A stretch of 64,000 bases of DNA, from positions 1-64,000 of the IMG/VR virus record IMGVR_UViG_3300036766_000670. One strand, given 5' to 3'. This stretch comes from a virus. This document shows positions 47,388-56,855 of the stretch, one piece after another (position 1 is the first letter of the stretch; the number at the start of each line of letters is the position of its first letter). The translations under genes were made by a program, and so were the position numbers. The notes beneath the pieces were generated by a model. It was not told the DNA's origin. It saw nothing but the letters and a program-made list of their open reading frames with translations, and did no database searches.

Positions 47388-49689
47388 AGGAAAAGTTATA
47401 TCACCTGCCGAAGTTGATTTCTGGCTGGATTTTGATAAGTATGTAAATTACTTTTCAAGCACTTCGGGAAATGTAAATGATGTCGGTATTTTCACTATTG
47501 ACATGGTACGTCTATCCTCTATCCGGAAAGCGGTTTCCAATTTTGTTCGTATTTTAACTCGCAGCCCCATTCCTGTCTATTTTAATGATGTCGAGGCTAA
47601 TTTCAATCTCGGAGGTAAAGTCATTTATATTTCTGCGACAATTAACTCCAAGCAGGATTTTGATGTCGCCGTGGGTCAAGCTCTTCATGAAGGCGCACAC
47701 ACGGTTAAGACTAACTTTGATGTTGTTAAAAATGCCTGGGCAAATATCCCATCTAAAATTCTCAAATTATCTGACTCAAAAAATATTCGCCGGGCATCTT
47801 TGGAAAAGTTTATTCATAATATATGGAATGTCATTGAAGATAGATATATTGATAATTACGTATTCAATGAAGCCCCGGGTTATCGTGGATATTATGTTGC
47901 TTTGTACAATAGGTTTTGGAATAATCCCGAAGTTGATGAACTATTGCTCAGTGATAAATTTCGATATCCAAGCCTGGATTCTTACAGTTTTCGTATCACC
48001 AACTTTACTAATGTGAATACAGATCTTCTTGCTTTGCCTCGTCTTTCGGATATTGCTTATACTATTGACATTTCTCATATTGACCGTTTGAAGAAAACCA
48101 AGGATAGAATTGAAAAAGCATTTGAAGTAACGGAAATTGCATTGGATTGTTTAGATGGGACTCCTCAATGTTTTGGTCTTAGTTTATTAGGTAAAAAAGT
48201 AGTAATAAAACAATCAAAAGATAATCTTGCCGATCCCAGAGATTATTTCGATTTTGATGACGAATCTGACAAAAAATCAAAAGGCGAAGATAAAAAGGAT
48301 AAGGAAAAAAAGAATAGTGATAGCGAAAAAGAAGATGTTGATGTCGGAAAAAAGATGGTTGATGAAATTTCTGATGTTTTGACTGGGAAGGATCAAGAAC
48401 CCGAGAAACTGAAAGAAAATAGTGATGTGGTAAATAGGATTTCCGAGGAAGATAATATTGAGAGAGAAGTTAAAAAGAAGATTAAGGATGTTGTCGAGTC
48501 TCAGCGTCAATTCCTGGCAGGAGAAATTCCTAAGACTATTGTGACAGAACAACAGAAATCTCTACTTGATTTGGTAGAAAAGCATGGTATTGTCATTGTA
48601 CAAGTTGATGTTCCCAATATTTTATCGGGCGATGATAAAAATCTTAAGGTAGATTGTATTGTGGTTCAGAAAATGACCAAAGAACTTGTTTTTTCGGGTC
48701 GGGAAGTATTCCCGCTATCAAGTGTTATGAAGATCGGGGATCAAATTCCCAAACCAGAGAAAGAAATGGTGGAAGCGGTAAGAAAAGGAGTACAACTTGG
48801 CATTAAACTTGGTCGAAAATTGCAAATTCGTGCCGAGGTTCATCCTATCAAAATAGTCCGCAAGAAATGGGGGAAAATTAACAAGCGTCAAATACACGAA
48901 GCAGCGTTTGATGCTGAGGATTTATTCTATAAAATTAAAATTGACGATCATCATCGTGCCAATTTGCATATTACCGTGGATGCTAGTAGCTCTATGACCG
49001 GAAACAAGTGGCTAAGAACAATGACAGCCGTTGTCGCCATTTGTAAAGCTGCTTCGATGATCGATAATGTTCACATCACAGTGTCATTCAGATCCACACA
49101 AGCATCGGGAATAATGGCATTGCCTTATATCGTGTTTGCTTACGACTCAAAAAAGGATAAATTCTCTAAAATTCGTACTCTATTTCCATATCTATTGCCG
49201 AATGGGTGTACTCCAGAAGGATTAGCATTCGGTGCAATTATGAATTTGTTTGAAGGAATCACACCAGACGAAGAAGATCGCTACTTTCTCAATTTATCGG
49301 ATGGAGAACCGTATTATTTATTGAGCGTTCCCAACTCTGGTCTTGCTCTTTCATATTCAGGAGAAGTAGGGGCAACCCATACAAAGGCACAAGTAGATAA
49401 GATCCGTCGCCACGGAGTTGAAATATTGAGTTATTTTATTGAAGAGGACTATAGCTGGCGATTTCAGACAGCAGCGGGGCAAAATCTAAAAAAGAAGCCC
49501 GAAGAAATGACTAAAGAAGAACTTGAGGAAGAGAAACGATTACAGCTAGAGAAAGAACAAAGTCCTCTTCGTAAAAACTTCCGAAGGATGTATGGACCTT
49601 CGGCAAAATTTATTGAAGTTAATGATATCGTTCCTTTAGCAAAAACAATGAATGATTTATTTTTGAGTAAAAACAGAAATTGTTCTTGA
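47380..49689 (+). CDS. HExxH + vWA domain protein (CobT-like partner of the AAA ATPase)
   Basis: LHEGAH, NVIEDRYID, acidic linker, VDASSSM (MIDAS), TPEG, NLSDGEP. Confidence 0.85.
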   Translation: MYRGKVISPAEVDFWLDFDKYVNYFSSTSGNVNDVGIFTIDMVRLSSIRKAVSNFVRILTRSPIPVYFNDVEANFNLGGKVIYISATINSKQDFDVAVGQALHEGAHTVKTNFDVVKNAWANIPSKILKLSDSKNIRRASLEKFIHNIWNVIEDRYIDNYVFNEAPGYRGYYVALYNRFWNNPEVDELLLSDKFRYPSLDSYSFRITNFTNVNTDLLALPRLSDIAYTIDISHIDRLKKTKDRIEKAFEVTEIALDCLDGTPQCFGLSLLGKKVVIKQSKDNLADPRDYFDFDDESDKKSKGEDKKDKEKKNSDSEKEDVDVGKKMVDEISDVLTGKDQEPEKLKENSDVVNRISEEDNIEREVKKKIKDVVESQRQFLAGEIPKTIVTEQQKSLLDLVEKHGIVIVQVDVPNILSGDDKNLKVDCIVVQKMTKELVFSGREVFPLSSVMKIGDQIPKPEKEMVEAVRKGVQLGIKLGRKLQIRAEVHPIKIVRKKWGKINKRQIHEAAFDAEDLFYKIKIDDHHRANLHITVDASSSMTGNKWLRTMTAVVAICKAASMIDNVHITVSFRSTQASGIMALPYIVFAYDSKKDKFSKIRTLFPYLLPNGCTPEGLAFGAIMNLFEGITPDEEDRYFLNLSDGEPYYLLSVPNSGLALSYSGEVGATHTKAQVDKIRRHGVEILSYFIEEDYSWRFQTAAGQNLKKKPEEMTKEELEEEKRLQLEKEQSPLRKNFRRMYGPSAKFIEVNDIVPLAKTMNDLFLSKNRNCS

Positions 49690-49964
49690 CATTTCATACA
49701 TTTTCGGGTATGATAAAACGCCATTAAGGAATAAATATGAGAATAGATGTAGTTTCAGAATACAATGATCACTATGTTCGAGCAATATTCAAATTTGAGA
49801 AGACCATCGTTGATAGTGGATTATTAAATGAGAAAGATTGTTTAGTATTAGCAGAACATCTTAGAATGGGTGCTGATAGTCTTGAACATTATTCAAGAGT
49901 TATTGCTGATACTAAAAAACAAAAAGAAAGTTCTTGACATTTTATACATTTTGAGGTATTATAA
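49683..49964 (+). repeat. Duplicated promoter-containing repeat (49683-49716, 49931-49964)
   Basis: TTCTTGACATTT(C/T)ATACATTTT..GGTAT(G/T)ATAA; each copy is TTGACA-17-TAT(G/T)AT. Confidence 0.85.
49737..49937 (+). CDS. Hypothetical early protein
   Basis: TAAGGA RBS; lies between the promoter repeats. Confidence 0.65.
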   Translation: MRIDVVSEYNDHYVRAIFKFEKTIVDSGLLNEKDCLVLAEHLRMGADSLEHYSRVIADTKKQKESS

Positions 49965-50011
49965 TGTCCTACTAAGGAGTGTGTAAGCAAACACTGATCT
50001 AGTTAAATTTT

Positions 50012-50389
50012 ATGAAGAAAAATACACGAAAAAACAAAACAAATCAAACATTAAATATGCCCAAGAAGGCATATTATACATTGAAAGAGTTATTTGCCAT
50101 TAACAAACATTTCAATGCAGAAATCACAGTTAGGGTTCGACATACCAATGTTATTGAAGATGGCAGGGTTGCCGAAATTGGCGCAGTTCCTGGAGGAAAA
50201 GGTCGCCCTCAGAAGGTATATGCCTTGACTCCCGTTACCAAAACTTTGCTTGAAAAGGTCAGAGCAGACGGTATTAGTCTTGTTGATAATGCTGAAAAAC
50301 TAATCAATATTATTAACGTGGCTCCAAATACATCACCAACAACTCCGGTTGTTTCACTCGTAGGATCAAAATCAGTTGCAACGAGTTAA
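50012..50389 (+). CDS. Putative winged-helix DNA-binding protein
   Basis: YTLKEL...ITVRVR...GGKGRPQKVYALT wing motif. Confidence 0.55.
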   Translation: MKKNTRKNKTNQTLNMPKKAYYTLKELFAINKHFNAEITVRVRHTNVIEDGRVAEIGAVPGGKGRPQKVYALTPVTKTLLEKVRADGISLVDNAEKLINIINVAPNTSPTTPVVSLVGSKSVATS

Positions 50390-50416
50390 TAGAACGAATG
50401 CTGTATATCCGATTAT

Positions 50417-50602
50417 ATGACCAAAGATAAAAGGATGGTAAAGGTCAAGCCGAAAAGATATCGGATATATGGCATTTTTAATTTTAAGACGAGAAAACTG
50501 GTATATGTTAGCCTGAGTCTGGATTTAGTAGAATTCGAATTTGGGCTTGGTGAATATGGGGAAAATTGTGGTACAGTTTCGACTGACATTATCTTATATT
50601 AG
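50417..50602 (+). CDS. Hypothetical protein
   Basis: 61-aa ORF. Confidence 0.45.
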   Translation: MTKDKRMVKVKPKRYRIYGIFNFKTRKLVYVSLSLDLVEFEFGLGEYGENCGTVSTDIILY

Positions 50603-50907
50603 TAACGTCTAATATATTTTCCGATGGTTTCTATTGGTCCATGATAAATGTCAATTCTACGATAACCTTCGGAGGTCATAATGTACGAATAAATCCAGAC
50701 TTTGGAATTCGGTTTGACGTTCATTTCTCTGTCAATACCCTTGAGTGTGGTCATAACGACGTTTTTAGAACCAAAAATTATGGGTTCGATAAAGTCATTA
50801 TCGAATAAAAAAGAGGTATTAAGGTCGGGATAAAATAAATGAAATACATTGCCTATTATTTTATTTCTTTTATTTGGATTTACAACATTTTTCGGTATCA
50901 TATCCAT
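50599..50907 (-). CDS. Hypothetical protein
   Basis: Start moved to MDMIPKN to avoid overlap with the divergent ORF. Confidence 0.5.
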   Translation of the reverse strand: MDMIPKNVVNPNKRNKIIGNVFHLFYPDLNTSFLFDNDFIEPIIFGSKNVVMTTLKGIDREMNVKPNSKVWIYSYIMTSEGYRRIDIYHGPIETIGKYIRRY

Positions 50908-50963
50908 AAATAGCGTTAAAATAACTTGAATGCTCTCTGGAAATATGGTATTCTCTGAAAAAT

Positions 50964-51269
50964 ATGAAAGAAATAGTTTATTTGAATCATACGTGTGCTC
51001 GTCTTCCGGAAGGAAAAGAAAAAGGCCGATGGAATTTTTCTGATATAGTAGCGTCACCACTTCCAATTAAATGTAAAGTTACAATAAATAAAAATATAGT
51101 AATAGATAATGTTTACGTTTACCATAAAGATAATGGCCCATATATTCTCTATAAAGATTATGAAATATATCCGGTGAGAATGGATTATGATTCATATTAT
51201 CAACTTATTGGAAAAGAAATGGTACTAGAGTTCAAGTCTGACGATTTTGTAATACAATCATGTGAATAG
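50964..51269 (+). CDS. Hypothetical protein
   Basis: 101-aa ORF. Confidence 0.5.
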   Translation: MKEIVYLNHTCARLPEGKEKGRWNFSDIVASPLPIKCKVTINKNIVIDNVYVYHKDNGPYILYKDYEIYPVRMDYDSYYQLIGKEMVLEFKSDDFVIQSCE

Positions 51270-51277
51270 ATATTGAT

Positions 51278-51442
51278 ATGGGTAAAACATATAGAAAAGA
51301 TAACAAATTCCGATTAAAGAAAAATGGTCGTGTATTTGTAAAAGATCAACCGTGGAAGAAAAATAAACATAAAAATAATTCGCCTCCGGAAGAGAAACCT
51401 CTTCCAGAACCGGCGGATTATCTCAACCAATTTCTTAACTGA
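51278..51442 (+). CDS. 54-aa basic protein
   Basis: MGKTYRKDNKFRLKK...YLNQFLN; fills the intergenic gap. Confidence 0.5.
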   Translation: MGKTYRKDNKFRLKKNGRVFVKDQPWKKNKHKNNSPPEEKPLPEPADYLNQFLN

Positions 51443-51444
51443 CT

Positions 51445-51663
51445 ATGACAACATTTTTCATGCTAATAGCGTACATCCTATTGATAGGATTGGGAATGTT
51501 ATTTTACTTATTGCATAACCGAGTGGAAAATTTGGCAACAAAACTTAACCAGTCGGTGCAATGGCAGATTATTCTAAGAGACAATCAAGACGTTCTCCAA
51601 AATGATTTCAAGAGACTTTTCAATGAGTTCCAAAATATCAAAAAAGAAGTCAATCAAAAATGA
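51445..51663 (+). CDS. Small membrane-anchored coiled-coil protein
   Basis: N-terminal TM helix followed by heptads. Confidence 0.55.
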   Translation: MTTFFMLIAYILLIGLGMLFYLLHNRVENLATKLNQSVQWQIILRDNQDVLQNDFKRLFNEFQNIKKEVNQK

Positions 51664-52072
51664 GGAGCCGAAAAGATGTCAGAGAAAAATAGTTTTCCGA
51701 AGGAAAAATTACTTAAACAAAAAAAGGAATTATATGGAAGCGGGTGAAATGGATTGTAAAATAGCAGAAGCAATTGGTTGGACACTTATACAACGATGTG
51801 AAGAACTAGATGATCTCTATGCCCTTATATATGGATTGCCGCCTGGAGTAATAATACAATCAGAAAAAGAATATGACTCCAAATGTCAAATAGTACCCCG
51901 CTTTGTCCGCTTTCCACCAGATATAAAAGCAAGGTGTGATGCTAAACAAACACTTACACAAGAAGAATTAAAACGTTATGACGTAGAATTGGAAAATATG
52001 TCCTCAAAATTAAAACAAAGATATCAATGTGGTGAAACTTTCTTACGTATAAAAAATCTGTGGAAAGAATAA
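51602..52072 (+). CDS. Hypothetical protein (start uncertain)
   Basis: KIAEAIGW motif. Confidence 0.45.
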   Translation: MISRDFSMSSKISKKKSIKNEEPKRCQRKIVFRRKNYLNKKRNYMEAGEMDCKIAEAIGWTLIQRCEELDDLYALIYGLPPGVIIQSEKEYDSKCQIVPRFVRFPPDIKARCDAKQTLTQEELKRYDVELENMSSKLKQRYQCGETFLRIKNLWKE

Positions 52073-52105
52073 TTTGAAATAAAAAAGCAAACTACAGGAG
52101 ACGAG

Positions 52106-52591
52106 ATGAAAAGGATTAATGACAATCTTCCAAAGAAGAAGTCATTATTTGATCACGTAAAGCATATTCGGCAAGTTCAAGACCCGAATTATTACATTAA
52201 TCTTTCCGAAGATGATCGGAAAAGTTTTAATCACTTCATGATTCTTCGAGCATTGGCAATGGATGAAAGTCTTGTTGAGGATATATCTCAATTATTTCAA
52301 ATATTTGACAAAATACCTTCTCCACAGTTTTACCAATTTCTCATCGCTTTAGTTCCTAGAAACAATAGGTTCTGTCCGTGGGTAAAGTCAAAAGTAATGA
52401 AACACAAACCGGCCTTGCTTGGTTATGTTGCTAAACGATTCCAAGTTTCCAAATATCAGGCTAATGACTATGTAAATCTTTTGTTGCGAACTGAAAAGGG
52501 ACAGGAAGAACTTGTGGCTATTTGTAAAACTTTTGGCCTTGAGGATAAGGAAGTTGAGGATTTGTTTGAAGAGAGAAAGTATGATGAATGA
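52106..52591 (+). CDS. Clamp loader small subunit-like (T4 gp62-like)
   Basis: SLFDHVKHI...KSFNHFMI.RAL.M...YQFLIALVP....F.PWVK...VAKRFQVS..QA.DY. Confidence 0.65.
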   Translation: MKRINDNLPKKKSLFDHVKHIRQVQDPNYYINLSEDDRKSFNHFMILRALAMDESLVEDISQLFQIFDKIPSPQFYQFLIALVPRNNRFCPWVKSKVMKHKPALLGYVAKRFQVSKYQANDYVNLLLRTEKGQEELVAICKTFGLEDKEVEDLFEERKYDE

Positions 52592-52716
52592 TATGAAAAC
52601 AAAACCGACATTTGAAGATGTAAGAAAAGTGGAAACCGAACTACTACATTGCCGACCGAGGCAACGCCTGCCCAGGATGAACGTGGAAATAGAACTTACG
52701 ATGCAGGATAAACATT

Positions 52717-53061
52717 ATGGCAAACAAAAAACTATCAGATCTTCCCCGAGTAACTGCCGATGATCTTATTAAGGCGGGGATGGACAATGATACATTGGTA
52801 TTTATATCAATCCCTAACGAATCATCATACGCAATAAAAGTTTCTGAATTGCGGAAATTGACATCGTTATGGAGACATTGGTTAAAATTCAGGAGGATAT
52901 TTATAAATGAAAGTAGTCGGAATAGCAGGATATGCGAGATGCGGGAAGGATACATTCGTGGGGATAGCGAAGAACATTTTAATGAAGAACGGCTATCTCC
53001 CCTTCCGTGTGGCATTTGCGGACCAGTTGAAGAAAGAAGCTCAATCAATGCTGGAGGCTAA
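52717..53061 (+). CDS. Hypothetical protein
   Basis: MANKKLSDLP start; the 3' end overlaps the next gene. Confidence 0.35.
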   Translation: MANKKLSDLPRVTADDLIKAGMDNDTLVFISIPNESSYAIKVSELRKLTSLWRHWLKFRRIFINESSRNSRICEMREGYIRGDSEEHFNEERLSPLPCGICGPVEERSSINAGG

Positions 53062-53605
53062 TGCCTTTAAGGCATCGGTTTATACCGATGTCAGTGAAGA
53101 AAAAACCTTGATCCGTCCTCTTCTCGTATGGTGGGGATGTCAGCGAAGATATGAAAGCCCCGAGGGGTTATATTGGGTAAATATTGCCGATGAAATAATC
53201 CACAATTACATGGCGATGACCCATCATACTATGGATACTGATGAAAATAAGCTTATAACTTTTGTATCTGACGTTCGATTTCCGAATGAAGCCAAATGGA
53301 TTCATGAAAAGTGGGACGGAACAGTTATTCATTTGAAACGATATAGTATGAACTGGCGAAAGGGAGGTCAAGATGGAAGCGACCTATATCATGTGAAAGA
53401 GTACGACCCCGCTCCAAACGAGGAAGAAGAGAAACAAGATCCTATCGTTCAGAAAATGGCGGATCACTGTATCGAGTGGCAAAACAAGAAAAAAATGACA
53501 AGTGCCGAAGCGATAGAAGATTTAGAACTTCAAAAAATAGTTTTGGAAGCCCTCAACTCAACGAAATTTTTCAAACATCCAACTATCGGGATATTATCCC
53601 AATAA
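52907..53605 (+). CDS. Deoxynucleoside monophosphate kinase (T4 gp1-like)
   Basis: GIAGYARCGKDT, AFADQLK, RPLLV.WG, SDVRFPNEA. Confidence 0.85.
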   Translation: MKVVGIAGYARCGKDTFVGIAKNILMKNGYLPFRVAFADQLKKEAQSMLEANAFKASVYTDVSEEKTLIRPLLVWWGCQRRYESPEGLYWVNIADEIIHNYMAMTHHTMDTDENKLITFVSDVRFPNEAKWIHEKWDGTVIHLKRYSMNWRKGGQDGSDLYHVKEYDPAPNEEEEKQDPIVQKMADHCIEWQNKKKMTSAEAIEDLELQKIVLEALNSTKFFKHPTIGILSQ

Positions 53606-53876
53606 GTTGTCCGTTGTCGTTATAGAAAGAAATTTGTCGTTCCGAAATTTTTGAGAGGAACTCGTGCTTTAATCTTGGAATTACGTTTCGTACTGCATTA
53701 TGATAAACACCATTACACATATTATAGATCTTCACCTTGTCCTCCCGCTTATAGCAACTACATGCTGCTGTGTAATTTTGAATACATTGTATCACTTGTA
53801 AAAAAGATGAATCCATCCTTGTTATACCATTTCCTTCGAGAAAGTTAACGAACTGTGTAACATTTCGTATATCCAT
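53583..53876 (-). CDS. Hypothetical Cys-containing protein
   Basis: 97-aa ORF with CSC. Confidence 0.55.
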   Translation of the reverse strand: MDIRNVTQFVNFLEGNGITRMDSSFLQVIQCIQNYTAACSCYKREDKVKIYNMCNGVYHNAVRNVIPRLKHEFLSKISERQISFYNDNGQLIGIISR

Positions 53877-53882
53877 AGGTTC

Positions 53883-54221
53883 TTATCCAAGTAGTTTATC
53901 AATGACGGTGAATAGTAATAACCCACCAACGATGTAACCCGGAGTTAACCACATTGCAGTAATTACTCCGAAGAATATTCCCATCCATACTGCAAGGCAA
54001 ACCGGACAAGTAATCAATCTTATTACAAAGCAGTTGTGGTATAATCTAAGATAATGTAAATATTCTAATGATACATCTTCCTTGTGTTTAGTATCAAAGT
54101 CCTTATAGAACGATAAGAAGTTTAACCGAAAAAGACGAGTATATTCAAGCCAGGCATCGGTACGAAACCATATCAAAAGATTCAAGGCGATAAGACATGT
54201 GAAAACGAATAGTGATGTCAT
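53883..54221 (-). CDS. Membrane protein with CPxC motif
   Basis: LITCPVCLAVW between TM helices; TATTTATA upstream on the minus strand. Confidence 0.6.
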   Translation of the reverse strand: MTSLFVFTCLIALNLLIWFRTDAWLEYTRLFRLNFLSFYKDFDTKHKEDVSLEYLHYLRLYHNCFVIRLITCPVCLAVWMGIFFGVITAMWLTPGYIVGGLLLFTVIDKLLG

Positions 54222-54226
54222 TATGC

Positions 54227-55519
54227 TTATAAATATATCAACTCTACACTATCAAGAGAAGGATTTTTGACTGCTACATTTTCCTGTATTCGGTTCGGTA
54301 TTGGAAAAGTATTTATTGTGAGATAGCCCTTTCCCCATTGGTATGTTCCAGGACCATCTTGATTACTTTGTTGGTGTAAAATATCGTTAAGATTGAGAAG
54401 TACATTATCTGAGAACACATTCATACTTTGATAGTCTATATCCATGATAACATCTTCGGTTTCCAAGGGCTTATTTACAAAAATATCTTTTCCTTCCCAT
54501 GTTCGATAGTACTTTTTGTATATCTCCCATAATGGTGGTGTAATGTCAAGAAGATTATTGGCAGGAATATGCAATTTGTCATATTCTTTAATTAAGTTGT
54601 TTCTCACCACTTCATTGTCAATGTATATCTTGTCAAATCTATAATAGTTTTGGAATATGACAACTCCATCAAGAGGAGTAACATTCTTGAAATTGATACT
54701 AGCGTGATATTTGTATTCTTTTAGAGGATCAAAAGTCGTTGTATGCTTAAATGTTGGCCATTTGCGAAGAAATCTTTGCATTTCAATTATATCGGCTATA
54801 GATTGGAGCCGGGTTCTTGCTTGGAATTTTTCAGTCCACCATTCAATTCCTCGGGACGAAATGCAGGTGAAATGATATACTAAAGCATTCCAAATTTGCT
54901 TAATTTTCAATCCTTTCATCGAAAAACGATATAATAAGTCAGAATCTTCCCGAGAACGACGAAAAAGGGTATCATGTCCTCCAATTTCAACCCAATTTTT
55001 CTTATAAAGAGTGAAGGGAGCGAACCAGAAGTCGGTCTGATGAAGGCTTTTATTTGCCTCGGCAAATGTTGTGAAATCATCCAGGATAAATGTTTTGGGG
55101 TCTAACCCAAAGTCATAGGTAATTTTTTCCGGAGATGGTGGGTGAAGTGGTGGCTCGATTCTGGTAGCTGATATGATAGTATCGGGAGTTAGATATTTCA
55201 ATATTTCATCATCATAATCTTTACAGATGATCATATCGCTCTGTAAGTAACTTACAACATCAGTTTGAGCCATTTCAAACATTAAGTTTATATTTCTAGA
55301 ATATCCCAAAGGTATTGGTAATGGATTTTTTATAATTCTGAGATTGGGGAAGTGTTGTTTTTGAGTTACGAGGAAGCTCGTGGTGTCCTGATTATCATTT
55401 TCCACATAAACGAGAATGTCGTGGTCTTTGCGGGAAAGATTTTTGGCAAGAGAACGGAAAAGTAACTCAAGATGCTGTCGCTCGTTTTTAGCAGTATTGA
55501 TGCAGAAAGTTATTTTCAT
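54227..55519 (-). CDS. GT2-family glycosyltransferase
   Basis: ITFCIN..., YLQSDMI, IGGHD.LF....EDSDL..RF, LVYHF. Confidence 0.85.
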   Translation of the reverse strand: MKITFCINTAKNERQHLELLFRSLAKNLSRKDHDILVYVENDNQDTTSFLVTQKQHFPNLRIIKNPLPIPLGYSRNINLMFEMAQTDVVSYLQSDMIICKDYDDEILKYLTPDTIISATRIEPPLHPPSPEKITYDFGLDPKTFILDDFTTFAEANKSLHQTDFWFAPFTLYKKNWVEIGGHDTLFRRSREDSDLLYRFSMKGLKIKQIWNALVYHFTCISSRGIEWWTEKFQARTRLQSIADIIEMQRFLRKWPTFKHTTTFDPLKEYKYHASINFKNVTPLDGVVIFQNYYRFDKIYIDNEVVRNNLIKEYDKLHIPANNLLDITPPLWEIYKKYYRTWEGKDIFVNKPLETEDVIMDIDYQSMNVFSDNVLLNLNDILHQQSNQDGPGTYQWGKGYLTINTFPIPNRIQENVAVKNPSLDSVELIYL

Positions 55520-56370
55520 AGAACTTTTTCTATAGTACGACACAATCCTTCATCAAATCCAATCAATTTATCGACTATAGGCAATTCATAAAGATTTTTA
55601 TAATCACCTGTATAACTTCCATACCCAAATGGTTCTATTTCTTTGATTGCAGGTCCATGTATTTTGGTATGTTTATGTATAAGATTTGCTATTTTCAACA
55701 AATCCATTTTTTTGTCATAAACTAGGTTGAGATTTCGTTGCCAAGTTGGATTATGGAAAATATAATCCATCACTATGAAAATGTCATCCATGTAAAAAAA
55801 ATCCATCTCCATATTCCGATGGATTTCTATTGGCAATCCTTTTTTAAGATTGAGAATAGAACGTTTTATAAAGCGGGTATCCTCTTCATTATAATTGAAA
55901 CATCCAAAAATGCGAAGCACCCACATATTCTCGAAATCCGAAAGTGCTCTTCGTGCAATAATATTTTTTGATAAGCCATAAGGATCGGTGGGCCACCTGG
56001 AGAAAAGGTACTCTTCACGACATAATTGTATTGGATATCTTCTATCAAACTCTGCTCCCGAACCTATAAGAATTGTTGGAGGAAAATCATGATAGTTTTG
56101 AAGTATAGCACGATATAGATTTTCAAACATTCTGATATTTGGAATATATACTTCATCAAATGTATCCTTTTTGGTGCGTTTCCCTCCCTTTGTAGCAGCA
56201 TGGATAATAGCATCTGGATGATTTTGTTTTAGATATTCAACCAAAGATTCAAAATTGAAAAGATCCAGTTCTGTTCGTGAAGGAGCAAGAACATCATACC
56301 CCGCCCGTTCAAATAGAGGTTTGAGATTTCTTGCTATATAGCCGCTTCCACCTGTGATTAGGAGTTTCAT
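55516..56370 (-). CDS. NAD-dependent sugar epimerase/reductase (extended SDR)
   Basis: ITGGSGYI, GSGAEF, YGLSK. Confidence 0.9.
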   Translation of the reverse strand: MKLLITGGSGYIARNLKPLFERAGYDVLAPSRTELDLFNFESLVEYLKQNHPDAIIHAATKGGKRTKKDTFDEVYIPNIRMFENLYRAILQNYHDFPPTILIGSGAEFDRRYPIQLCREEYLFSRWPTDPYGLSKNIIARRALSDFENMWVLRIFGCFNYNEEDTRFIKRSILNLKKGLPIEIHRNMEMDFFYMDDIFIVMDYIFHNPTWQRNLNLVYDKKMDLLKIANLIHKHTKIHGPAIKEIEPFGYGSYTGDYKNLYELPIVDKLIGFDEGLCRTIEKVL

Positions 56371-56855
56371 TTAATTAGATTTATGTAATGAGGTTTTTCA
56401 TCATGTAAAAAAAGTAGAAATTCGTTTGTTAGATCTAATACCGTTGGCGGTTTTGATGAAATGATGCTTTTGAATTGTTTCATAATTGCCATATCTTCTT
56501 CGGCCCAGTGCGTAAAACCTAAATATCCATAATCTTTATCTCTTCCTCCACCAACCAGTTTTATAGGAAGTTTTTCATATTCCATAAAATTTCTTATGAA
56601 CTCGAATGGACGATAAAGCAGAAAAGATGTAATGGAATAGCAGATAGGGGTCTTTCCTTCCATTGCTAAACCAGCGGCAACTCCAATCATAAATTGTTCA
56701 GCCGAACCCACATTGAAAAATCTATCAAAAAATTCTTTACGAATATCGTCCCATAGACCATATCCCATATCAGCGGTTATAAGGATGATGTTTTTTCCAC
56801 GATCCTTACGCATTTCTGTTAAAAGCATTTTGGCAAAATCTCGTCTCATTTGCAT
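56367..56855 (-). CDS. Transketolase-like, pyrimidine-binding subunit
   Basis: ITADMGY, FFNVGSAEQ..IGVAAGLA.EG, RPFEFIR, GFTH. Confidence 0.88.
   Translation of the reverse strand: MQMRRDFAKMLLTEMRKDRGKNIILITADMGYGLWDDIRKEFFDRFFNVGSAEQFMIGVAAGLAMEGKTPICYSITSFLLYRPFEFIRNFMEYEKLPIKLVGGGRDKDYGYLGFTHWAEEDMAIMKQFKSIISSKPPTVLDLTNEFLLFLHDEKPHYINLIK

Larger units (their letters stand above)
1578..54235. promoter_or_regulatory. Dispersed TATTTATA motif, putative phage late promoter
   Basis: Sense-strand copies upstream of starts at 1578, 5025, 9224, 12383, 16717, 17902, 20508, 23017, 29601, 39050, 43965, 44287 and 52898 (+), and at 54235-54228 (-). Confidence 0.75.
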
